DNA of 27,586 bases from an uncultured Candidatus Poseidoniales archaeon. GTDB taxonomy: Archaea; Thermoplasmatota; Poseidoniia; Poseidoniales; CAYMED01. A program made the translations under genes and the position numbers. Under the pieces are notes generated by a model that was given only the letters and a program-made list of their open reading frames with translations, did not search any database and was not told where the DNA came from. Within the stretch, counting starts at the first letter, position 1, and each line of letters opens with the position of its first letter. The DNA lies in assembly GCA_964389655.1 (NCBI GenBank), contig CAYMED010000023.1:1-27586 (forward strand), in the 5' to 3' direction. Of the stretch, positions 1 through 7,853 are shown piece by piece.

Positions 1-54
1 CCCCCGGCCTTCTGGTTGCAAACCAGACGCTCTTCCAAGCTGAGCTAAGCGCCC
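1..54 (-). tRNA. tRNA-Ala(UGC), 3' part truncated by the window edge
   Basis: The reverse complement reads GGGCGCT-TA-GCTC AGCTTGGAA GAGC-G-TCTGG TTTGCAA CCAGA-AGGCC-GGGGG. This gives the acceptor 5' strand with G3, the D arm, an anticodon stem-loop with TGC, the variable loop and the start of the T stem. Confidence 0.95.
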
Positions 55-93
55 TAGCGCATCCCACAGCGTGTTGCAGATTACCCTTGTGCC

Positions 94-1068
94 TCATTTC
101 ATAGTTTTGCCAAATAATCCTGAAACGATTTTGTGAATACGGAGTAAACCTCGTAACGTAACTTCGGAAATCCCAGAGATTTCACAGACATCTGCTTGCG
201 TTCGTGTATGTCCTGATTCTTGAGAAGCCAGATACAGTAGCATCCCAGCCACCCCAGCAGGTTTCTTTCCTTGCCATTCTTCTGCATGTCCTAGTTGCTC
301 CCACATTTCCATTGCTCTCCCAATCGCAATCGGAGGGAGGCCTAGTTTTGACCCAAATGGATCGAGATATTCTGCAGGTGAATTAACTCTATGTGTTCCA
401 AGATGGCGAGAAACTAATCGAATAGTCCTTCGCAACTCTTTTTCATTTACTAAAAATGCCTCTGCAATCTCTTCGATAGGTCTGGGTAATTGGGCTTCTC
501 TAGCTGCGAGATATGTGCAGGCTGCCGACACACCCGCAATGCTTCGCCCAGTTACTATTCCCTTCTTTGCCGCTTTTCGGTACATTAAGGCAGCAACTTC
601 GACAAGTGAAGAAGGAAGTTTTCCGCGGTCTCGGATCATTTGTAGGGCTTTAACTAAACTGCGTTGCCCACTTGCTCTCGTCTTTGACCTTTCATCTATC
701 ACTGCCCGGCGGTTCCAGTCTCGAAGGCCACTGCCTCGAATTCCATGTCTTCGTGCACGCTCACCACGGAGATCCCTTCGATCAATCGTCGTGTTCAATC
801 CCTTATCAGAAAGAGCCATTGTTGACGGTGCACCAACTCGAGATTGATCTTCATAACCTGGCTTATGTATCCATTCAGGTCGCGTATCGATGACGTTCTC
901 TTCTGAAACATATCCGCAAACAGTACAATGAACTTCGCCCCGGTTATCATCTTGGTCCCACTGAGTGGCATCGCATTCGGGGCATGGCCCAAATTGTCCA
1001 ACTGTGCGCCTCTTTTTGCTTGGTCGTGGCTGGGATATATCTTCATCCGACTTTCTCATTCCGTGCAT
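94..1068 (-). CDS. tfb: Transcription initiation factor IIB (TFB), divergent paralog
   Basis: Zn ribbon CPEC...CTVCG, the RVGAP and DKGLNTTI linker, and two cyclin repeats (GRSIAGVSAAC; GKKPAGVAG...TQADVCEISGISEVTLR). Start placed at ATG 1068 behind a GAGGT SD; the ORF track's TTG 1080 is an alternative. Confidence 0.93.
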   Translation of the reverse strand: MHGMRKSDEDISQPRPSKKRRTVGQFGPCPECDATQWDQDDNRGEVHCTVCGYVSEENVIDTRPEWIHKPGYEDQSRVGAPSTMALSDKGLNTTIDRRDLRGERARRHGIRGSGLRDWNRRAVIDERSKTRASGQRSLVKALQMIRDRGKLPSSLVEVAALMYRKAAKKGIVTGRSIAGVSAACTYLAAREAQLPRPIEEIAEAFLVNEKELRRTIRLVSRHLGTHRVNSPAEYLDPFGSKLGLPPIAIGRAMEMWEQLGHAEEWQGKKPAGVAGMLLYLASQESGHTRTQADVCEISGISEVTLRGLLRIHKIVSGLFGKTMK

Positions 1069-1109
1069 ATGTCTACTCAACCTCTAGTTGATTAGTTCGA
1101 CCCCACCGT

Positions 1110-1117
1110 ATTTAAAT
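1110..1117 (-). promoter_or_regulatory. Probable TATA box for tfb
   Basis: ATTTAAAT (TTTAAA core) about 25-30 nt upstream of the tfb SD region, with purine-rich sequence upstream of it on the minus strand. Confidence 0.5.
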
Positions 1118-1216
1118 CTTCGCTTCTTTGCATCAGCAATGATCAAAGAAGTATCGGGTTCCCAAGTTACATTTTCATGCATGAATTGAAGCACCGTCAC
1201 GTCCTCCAAATAACCA

Positions 1217-2461
1217 ATGCCGGCGCGAGTAGTGTTAGGTGCACAGTGGGGTGATGAAGGCAAAGGCAAGGTCATAGACGCCCTATCGTCAGATGCAGAC
1301 TGGGTGGTTCGCTTCCAAGGTGGAGCCAATGCTGGTCATACGCTTGTTGTCAATGGAATTACCCATAAACTCCATTTGATACCATCAGGTGTTGTTCGCC
1401 CAAAATGTAACCTAGCCATAGGTGCTGGTGTTGTTGTTGATCCTCTTGCTCTCCTCAGTGAGGTATCTGCATGGGAAGAAGTAACAGGAGAGAAATTAGC
1501 AGGTGAGAGGTTATTCATCAGTGAACGGACCCATCTTATTTCGCCTCACCATAGACAAGTTGACTCTGCTGAAGGAGCCCATATTGGAACTACTGGTAGA
1601 GGGATTGGGCCCGCCTATCGAGACCGAGCAGTTCGGTGTGGAATGCGAGTTGCAGACGCGGTTCAGGACCCTGACCGTTTCTATGCCACTTTTGCTTCTG
1701 AAAATCAGGAAAAGGTGCGGTCTGCTTTGGAAATTCTCCAAGCCGCGATGGACAACATTAGTTTACGCTTGTCAAATGCCCTTGCTGAGGGTGCAAATAT
1801 TCTGCTAGAAGGCGCACAAGGCGGATTATTGGATATTGATCATGGCACATACCCATTTGTCACTTCATCCTCGACATGTGCAGGGAATGCGGCACAAGGC
1901 GCCGGCATTGCACCTCGTTGGATTGAAAGTATTGAAGGTGTCCTCAAGGCATACATCACGCGCGTGGGCGAAGGTCCTTTCCCTACTGAATTGCACGACA
2001 AATGTGGTAACCATATGGCCGAAATCGGGCGTGAGTTTGGTACAACTACGGGCAGACCACGGCGTTGCGGTTGGCTCGATCTCGTGGCTCTTGACCACGT
2101 ACACCGCATTAATGGATTCGATGCTCTCCACATTACCAAAATCGATGTACTGGGGGGGTTAGATTCGATAAAAGTCTGTACATCATTTAGCCAGAAAGGT
2201 GCTCGTGTGAATACATGGCCATCCACCGCACAACAACTTTCTGAATGTGAACCGATTTGGAAAGAACTTCCTGGATGGCCTATGCTTAATTCTGATGAAT
2301 GGCGCGCCTTAACAGATGGTCCCGTGCAGGGATCTTGGCCCTCTTCCCTTCCACAGGGAGTGCGCCAGTTGATTGATCTGATCGAAATGCGTACTTCAGT
2401 GAGGGTTCAATCCATCGGAATAGGGCCAAGCCGAAAAGACATAATCTCACGGAAAGAGTGA
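1217..2461 (+). CDS. purA: Adenylosuccinate synthetase
   Basis: GAQWGDEGKGK, RFQGGANAGHT, IGTTGRGIGPAY, EGAQG, DIDHGTYPFVTSS and EFGTTTGRPRRCGWLD motifs. Confidence 0.99.
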   Translation: MPARVVLGAQWGDEGKGKVIDALSSDADWVVRFQGGANAGHTLVVNGITHKLHLIPSGVVRPKCNLAIGAGVVVDPLALLSEVSAWEEVTGEKLAGERLFISERTHLISPHHRQVDSAEGAHIGTTGRGIGPAYRDRAVRCGMRVADAVQDPDRFYATFASENQEKVRSALEILQAAMDNISLRLSNALAEGANILLEGAQGGLLDIDHGTYPFVTSSSTCAGNAAQGAGIAPRWIESIEGVLKAYITRVGEGPFPTELHDKCGNHMAEIGREFGTTTGRPRRCGWLDLVALDHVHRINGFDALHITKIDVLGGLDSIKVCTSFSQKGARVNTWPSTAQQLSECEPIWKELPGWPMLNSDEWRALTDGPVQGSWPSSLPQGVRQLIDLIEMRTSVRVQSIGIGPSRKDIISRKE

Positions 2462-2522
2462 ACGTTCCATTCAGAAATATTTCGTCGATGCATCCAAAGC
2501 AGATGCGTCCCTCATCGGCCTG

Positions 2523-2816
2523 ATGGCCCGCCGAATGTCTAGCCGCGCTCGACGCCTGCAGCAATCAGATGCCGCTGGCCCAAGAAAGAAAAAAGAAGAC
2601 AAGGACAAGGAAGGAACCAAGCGTTGTGCGATCAATTCCTGCGATTCTTGGTCAGACAAAAAGTTAGGTGGGCGAAGTTTGGCGTGGGAGTCTGCTGTTG
2701 ATGTATGGGGAGACGGAGGTGTTGAAGATAGTGGGAGTCGTCGTATTCGAGTATGCCGATCTTGTTACAAAGAGTGGAAGAAAGAACAAAAAGAAGATCG
2801 AGAAAATCGATGGTAG
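2523..2816 (+). CDS. Small basic Zn-binding hypothetical protein (C-x4-C ... C-x2-C)
   Basis: 97 aa, Lys/Arg-rich, with CAINSC ... RIRVCRSCYKEWKK. It fills the gap between purA and the convergent MBL gene. Confidence 0.8.
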   Translation: MARRMSSRARRLQQSDAAGPRKKKEDKDKEGTKRCAINSCDSWSDKKLGGRSLAWESAVDVWGDGGVEDSGSRRIRVCRSCYKEWKKEQKEDRENRW

Positions 2817-2818
2817 AT

Positions 2819-3565
2819 TTACTCATCGCCCCATGCTGGTTTCGGAGTCAAATATCCAGTTGTTTTCGCAGGCCTTGCCCATTCCTGCGGCAATTCACCT
2901 TTACGTTCGATAATTAATTGAAACGAGGCTATGTGTTTCAATAACACCTTTGCTATTTTTCCCTCCCCCTTCAGCATGGGACCAATACCACACATGAGTA
3001 TTTTTGGCTGAAGTGAGAGTACCTTCTCAAGAGAAAGTACCAGATCAGGAAGACATCCAGTGGGAGCGTCCCACCTAGCAGGATATTCAGGGTGAGGAAT
3101 TAACCCGCCCGCGATAATTGTCCTCAGCCGTTCAATCCACAATCCAATTGAGCACCCTGTATGACCAGGGAGAGGGATGGCCATAATCCCATCAATAGAC
3201 CCAATATTGAGTGGCTCATCCAATAGTAATTCTTCTGCGCACGTCAGGGGCATCTCAGAATCAAAGTTCCTCGCTAATGTCGTAAGCCAGTCCCCCCGTT
3301 CTAGTGATGAAAGGGCACTTTGATGTGCCAAGATTGGAACCCCCCATACATCTGACAAATACGCGGCTGCTCCTGCTGCGTCATAATGCCTATGTGTAAG
3401 GATGATTGCAATCGGATGCGCTCCATCTAAAGCAGCAACAATCCTTTCTTCGACAAGAATCTGATACCACGATGTTCCCGGATCTACAATGATCGCTTGA
3501 TTTTTTTCAATCAGGAGAATGCATGAAGAATCGTGATGTACGCCGGGCAATCGTAGTATGCGCAC
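2819..3565 (-). CDS. Metallo-beta-lactamase-fold protein with a degenerate metal site
   Basis: [17 protein letters not shown] and PGHTG motifs. Start probably GTG 3565 (MRILRLPG); the ORF track uses TTG 3583. Confidence 0.88.
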   Translation of the reverse strand: MRILRLPGVHHDSSCILLIEKNQAIIVDPGTSWYQILVEERIVAALDGAHPIAIILTHRHYDAAGAAAYLSDVWGVPILAHQSALSSLERGDWLTTLARNFDSEMPLTCAEELLLDEPLNIGSIDGIMAIPLPGHTGCSIGLWIERLRTIIAGGLIPHPEYPARWDAPTGCLPDLVLSLEKVLSLQPKILMCGIGPMLKGEGKIAKVLLKHIASFQLIIERKGELPQEWARPAKTTGYLTPKPAWGDE

Positions 3566-3658
3566 AAAAGGTGCGATAAACAAGCCAATGATGAACGTTC
3601 GCTGAGCGAGGAAGATGTTGAGGTTCGATTCATAAACAACGCATCGTTCGCCGGTTCA

Positions 3659-3811
3659 ATGGCACGTTTCGCAGAAGCGGAGAAGCGGATCTTCGAAAAG
3701 CGTATTTGTATGCGCTGTAATGCCCGAAATGCATTCAAAGCCACAATTTGTCGCAAGTGTGGTTATCGAAACTTGCGATTGAAGAACAAAGAAACAAAAC
3801 GTTCAGCCTAA
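3659..3811 (+). CDS. rpl40e: 50S ribosomal protein L40e
   Basis: Hand translation, not in the ORF track: [50 protein letters not shown] (50 aa), with the ICMRCNARN...CRKCG signature. Confidence 0.97.
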   Translation: MARFAEAEKRIFEKRICMRCNARNAFKATICRKCGYRNLRLKNKETKRSA

Positions 3812-3838
3812 AGTGCTTGACTCTCGTGTTTTCATTTC

Positions 3839-4396
3839 ATGGCGAATAATGATTTGTGGAGTCTCGCTCAGGCGTCCATGAAAGAACAAAACCCAGGCAT
3901 CTGGGTGCCCAATAGAGGAGATTTAGAGCGGGTTCATGCATCAATCAATACACGTCTCAAAGAAATTGGAACGGATATTATTGATGACCTTGTATCATCT
4001 GCTCTTTCAGCTAGAAAACATGCCGATTCACCCTATAGCGATCACCCTGTGGGCGCAGCAGTATTGACTACATCTGGCGAGATATATACTGGTTCCAATG
4101 CTGAAGTGGTAAGTTTCACTTCAACGATACATGCAGAGCAAGCAGCAATATCCTCTGCCATTCGAGGAGGGTCTTCTGAAAGGTCACGTCAATTCATAGA
4201 AGCAATTGCGGTTGTGGGGCCAGAACATTCAGGGAGTTTGTCCGGCCCTTGTGGCCTTTGCAGACAATGGATTCGTGAACATAGTAATGACGCACTTATC
4301 CTTCTTGTAGATGGAAAGGGAGTATGGAAAAATACAACTTCGCTAGAAATTCTTCTTCCTTTGTCATTCGGCCCTGAAAATCTCAAAAACCTCTGA
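3839..4396 (+). CDS. cdd: Cytidine deaminase
   Basis: A-x-SPYS-x-x-PVGAA, TGSNAE, HAE and PCGLCRQ zinc motifs, ending LLPLSFGP; has an N-terminal extension. Confidence 0.93.
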   Translation: MANNDLWSLAQASMKEQNPGIWVPNRGDLERVHASINTRLKEIGTDIIDDLVSSALSARKHADSPYSDHPVGAAVLTTSGEIYTGSNAEVVSFTSTIHAEQAAISSAIRGGSSERSRQFIEAIAVVGPEHSGSLSGPCGLCRQWIREHSNDALILLVDGKGVWKNTTSLEILLPLSFGPENLKNL

Positions 4397-4402
4397 TTTG
4401 GC

Positions 4403-4672
4403 TTAAACCTCAGTCAAAAGCCGCTCTAATTCTGCATTAATCTGTAGAATGAGGGTACCAAACTCGGGGGGTATATTTGGGTCCTCATACAGTTCTTCCA
4501 ATTTGTTCTGGGCCATAGCAATTCGGACATCGATCAATTTATCGCGATTCATCAGCCAACTTTCAATGGCATCTCGAGCTCCTCGTCGTATGTTTCTTGG
4601 CACTTTTGAATCATCAAGTTGCTCGATGACAGTGGCTACGCGCTGCAATTTCACTTCGACTTCCTCTGTCAT
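4403..4672 (-). CDS. UPF0147 family protein
   Basis: DSKVPRNIRRGA and EDPNIP motifs. ATG 4672 (MTEEVEVKL) is preceded by a GGAGGTT SD at 4687-4681. Confidence 0.9.
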   Translation of the reverse strand: MTEEVEVKLQRVATVIEQLDDSKVPRNIRRGARDAIESWLMNRDKLIDVRIAMAQNKLEELYEDPNIPPEFGTLILQINAELERLLTEV

Positions 4673-4751
4673 CTTCGGATAACCTCCGTTGCATCTTCGA
4701 AGCGATGCGAGGATGTCACCCCTATAAGGCAATTATCGATGCACACATCAC

Positions 4752-5771
4752 ATGGCTGATGCAAGTTCGATCATCGGTGGTGCCCGCGTCCTCACACTAA
4801 TTGTTGTTTTAGGCATCGCAACACGCCTTGACTTGATCAACCGACGAGTGCCAAACAATATTTGGATTGCTTGGGCAAAGCCAGCAATATTCCTAATGGC
4901 ACTCGATCTTCTAGTACGTGATGCAAATTGGATGATCTGGTTGACAACATCGGGAGTTGTTGCCCTAGCTTCGGTATCAGTTATTGGACACCCATCACTA
5001 AATGATCTAAAAAACCGCCATTGGCCAGATATGTTGGTTTCTTTTTGGTATGCATGTGGTTTAGTTGGGTTTATTGTAGGTGCAGTAACCTATGGACCCA
5101 TCATTCTCTCATCACCTTGGATTCTAACGCCTGACCCAAATCTTTTCGACCCTGATGTGGAGCAAATTGCAGCGAAGCTCTGGTTTCGCAGTGTTGGTAT
5201 TGGATTAGTTGTTTTAGGATTGGATATTGCTTGGAGAACACGCTTGCTCTATGGAGGAGCAGATGCAAAAGGGCTCATGCTCATTGCAATTCTCATCCCA
5301 GATTGGTCGGGAGTGCCTGTATTTTCATCCATGGACCCTAATGCGCCGCCAGTATTTGCTGTATTCATTTGGGGCGGAGTAGCTATGCTCAGTATTCCGT
5401 TCCTAATTTCCATCCGAAATATTAGAGATCCAAGAGGGAGAAATGTCCGCATGATGTGGCACGCTAGACCATTAGAGTTCAAGAATTTTAATTCGGCACG
5501 CATGTGGTTACTCGATGAAGTTTCATCAGGACCAAATGGTGAACGCAGAATTCATACTCGAATGAGGCCACTCCGTCAGAGAAATAATGCTGAAAAACTA
5601 GATCAAACAATTGCTGAATTATCTGAAATGGGGAGAGATTGGGGATGGGTTACTTCTAAACTTCCACTAATGGCTTACTTATTTGCAGGGTCTTTCGCAT
5701 TACTTCTTCTTGGTGATCCGATTGCTTGGGTAATCCATGGACTTGAATCCATGAATATATTGCAATTTTGA
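4752..5771 (+). CDS. A24-family prepilin/prearchaellin peptidase (PibD/FlaK-like)
   Basis: Multi-TM protein with both catalytic aspartate motifs (LDLINRRVPN; YGGADAK) and an archaeal-type C-terminus (WVTSKLPLMAYL). Confidence 0.88.
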   Translation: MADASSIIGGARVLTLIVVLGIATRLDLINRRVPNNIWIAWAKPAIFLMALDLLVRDANWMIWLTTSGVVALASVSVIGHPSLNDLKNRHWPDMLVSFWYACGLVGFIVGAVTYGPIILSSPWILTPDPNLFDPDVEQIAAKLWFRSVGIGLVVLGLDIAWRTRLLYGGADAKGLMLIAILIPDWSGVPVFSSMDPNAPPVFAVFIWGGVAMLSIPFLISIRNIRDPRGRNVRMMWHARPLEFKNFNSARMWLLDEVSSGPNGERRIHTRMRPLRQRNNAEKLDQTIAELSEMGRDWGWVTSKLPLMAYLFAGSFALLLLGDPIAWVIHGLESMNILQF

Positions 5772-7790
5772 TCATATTGGGTGACTCGAGAGATCTGGGC
5801 GAAGGCGGTCGATGACAGATTCGAGGCGCTTGACTAGACCGCTTTTCTTCTCATCAGCCACCAAAGCATGTTCCAATACTTCATCAAGCGTCTCAACAGG
5901 AATGATCTCGGCTTGTTCTACAAATCGGTCATCTAAGAGCACGTCATTTGCATTAGCATGTGGAATAATCACGCGCTTTATTCCACTTCGCACAGATGCT
6001 TCAATTTTAGCGGTAACGCCACCTATGGGTAATACCTCCCCCCGTACGGATAAACTCCCTGTCATTGACATTCCTTGATCAATTGGGACATTTTCCAGTG
6101 CACTGATGATTGCTGTGGCGATTGTAATACTTGCACTATCGCCATCGACGCCATGTGTATCTACAAATTGAATGTGAAGGTCATAGTCAGAAATATCTTT
6201 TCCAGTCATCTTTTTGATCACCGCAGAAACATTAGTAACAGATTCTTTGGCAAGGTCGGATAAGCCACCAGTAGCATGAATCGCCCCCCCTCGAGAAAGA
6301 GCGGGCGTAACAAGTGCCTCAACAGGTAACACAATTCCTGAATAATCGGATAAGCCAGAGTCCGCTCCTAAAACTGCAAGGCCATTGACCCTTCCCACGC
6401 GTTCACCGCTGTTGACTACAAGTGCATACTCTTGACGACGTTCGATAATACGATCCGCAACCTGTTGTTCAAGTGGACGTGCAATTCGGCGGGCTTGTTT
6501 AACGTGCAAACTCGTTGTAAATGGTGCATTCGCTTCTGTGGCCAAATCACCAGATATGCGAACGAGACCCCCTAATTCTCTTAGCCGGAGGGAAAGTTTA
6601 CCCCTTCTACCAGCTCTTCGCTGTGCCTCTCTAAGAAGCATTTCAACAGCACTGCGATCAAAATGAGGAATCCGCTTGTCATTTTTGACCTCTTGAGCAA
6701 TAAATCGGATTAGACGACGTCGGTTACGAGACGTATCGGGCATTAGTGAATTGACATAGACTTCGTAGCCATAACCTCGAATCCTGCTGCGTAATGCAGG
6801 ATGCATTCCTTGAACTGCATCAAGATTACCTGATGCTACCAATATGAAATCACATGGTACTGGTTCTGTCTTAGTGAGCGCACCCGAGGATCGCTCAGAA
6901 CGGCCAGTAATCGGAAGGGCTTTTTCTTGCATGGCAGTTAGCAGGGCTTGTTGTTCATCTAAGCGGAGCAAATTCACCTCATCAATGTACAGCACACCTC
7001 CATGAGCACGATGAACTGCCCCCGGCTCGACTCGCTCATGTGCGGGGGTTTCCATTCCACCAGATTGGAATGGATCATGCCTCACATCCCCAAGAAGAGA
7101 CCCAGCAAGCGTGCCAGTCGCATCTACAAAAGGAGGGTTATCATCTGCTTGGTGTTTAACCAGTAGTTTTGGAATGCGGGCTTCATCTCCACCCGCCAGT
7201 CTACTTCGAATGAACATGTACGCAAAAACTAGCAATAACATGCCAAAAAACAGAGAAAAAGGCTGACCCGCCATAAGTGCAAATATTGCAAACAAGACAC
7301 CAATCGCCACAAATGAGTACAACAACACACGATTCTGTGCATCTCGCTTTTCACGCACTTGCTCACGTTGTGTTTTCACAATCCGTTCTCCACGGCCAGC
7401 AGGAACTGATCGCACACGAGGTTCATTGTCATCCTCATCATTTGGATAGCAAAGAATGTCTTCAAGCGCACTAGAGGGCAAAAATTCAGTCATAGACCTT
7501 GCGAGCATTGATTTCCCAGTACCGGGGTCACCAATCATCAATACATGCCGTCTCTGCTCTGCTGCTTTTTGTACAACGACTGCCGCATCTTCCTGCCCGA
7601 TAACTTGGTCAACAATACGGTCAGGGATTGGAACATCTTCTGTTGACTCAAACTCAATGCTCTCAAGCCATTCTGTGATCGGTTGTTCCAATATTTCATC
7701 TGCTTTTTCTAAATCATCAATGTCAACTGTAGGGTCGACCCAAAGAACCTCTTCCGAGGTATCGGTTATCTCGTCCTTTGAATCTCCCAT
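5772..7790 (-). CDS. lonB: Archaeal membrane-bound Lon protease (LonB)
   Basis: DQVIGQ, Walker A GDPGTGKS, a two-TM insertion, Walker B LYIDE, and the Ser-Lys dyad (DGDSAS; GGVTAK). Confidence 0.98.
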   Translation of the reverse strand: MGDSKDEITDTSEEVLWVDPTVDIDDLEKADEILEQPITEWLESIEFESTEDVPIPDRIVDQVIGQEDAAVVVQKAAEQRRHVLMIGDPGTGKSMLARSMTEFLPSSALEDILCYPNDEDDNEPRVRSVPAGRGERIVKTQREQVREKRDAQNRVLLYSFVAIGVLFAIFALMAGQPFSLFFGMLLLVFAYMFIRSRLAGGDEARIPKLLVKHQADDNPPFVDATGTLAGSLLGDVRHDPFQSGGMETPAHERVEPGAVHRAHGGVLYIDEVNLLRLDEQQALLTAMQEKALPITGRSERSSGALTKTEPVPCDFILVASGNLDAVQGMHPALRSRIRGYGYEVYVNSLMPDTSRNRRRLIRFIAQEVKNDKRIPHFDRSAVEMLLREAQRRAGRRGKLSLRLRELGGLVRISGDLATEANAPFTTSLHVKQARRIARPLEQQVADRIIERRQEYALVVNSGERVGRVNGLAVLGADSGLSDYSGIVLPVEALVTPALSRGGAIHATGGLSDLAKESVTNVSAVIKKMTGKDISDYDLHIQFVDTHGVDGDSASITIATAIISALENVPIDQGMSMTGSLSVRGEVLPIGGVTAKIEASVRSGIKRVIIPHANANDVLLDDRFVEQAEIIPVETLDEVLEHALVADEKKSGLVKRLESVIDRLRPDLSSHPI

Positions 7791-7853
7791 CAAACCTCGG
7801 GCCTCCGCACTACCTATGAATCCACGTATAGACCCATCAATCTCCGTTGGTAC

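Noticed and set aside
1-100. Integrated element at tRNA-Ala
   Set aside because: The tRNA 3' end lies outside the window, and there is no integrase or att duplicate inside it.
2474-2508. GAAATATTTC palindrome and GATGCATC/GATGCGTC hairpin after purA
   Set aside because: Short enough to arise by chance, with no U-tract or other support for a function.
3511-3756. 81-aa minus-strand ORF and other short overlapping ORFs in the track
   Set aside because: They overlap confidently assigned genes (here rpl40e and the MBL gene) and carry no motifs.
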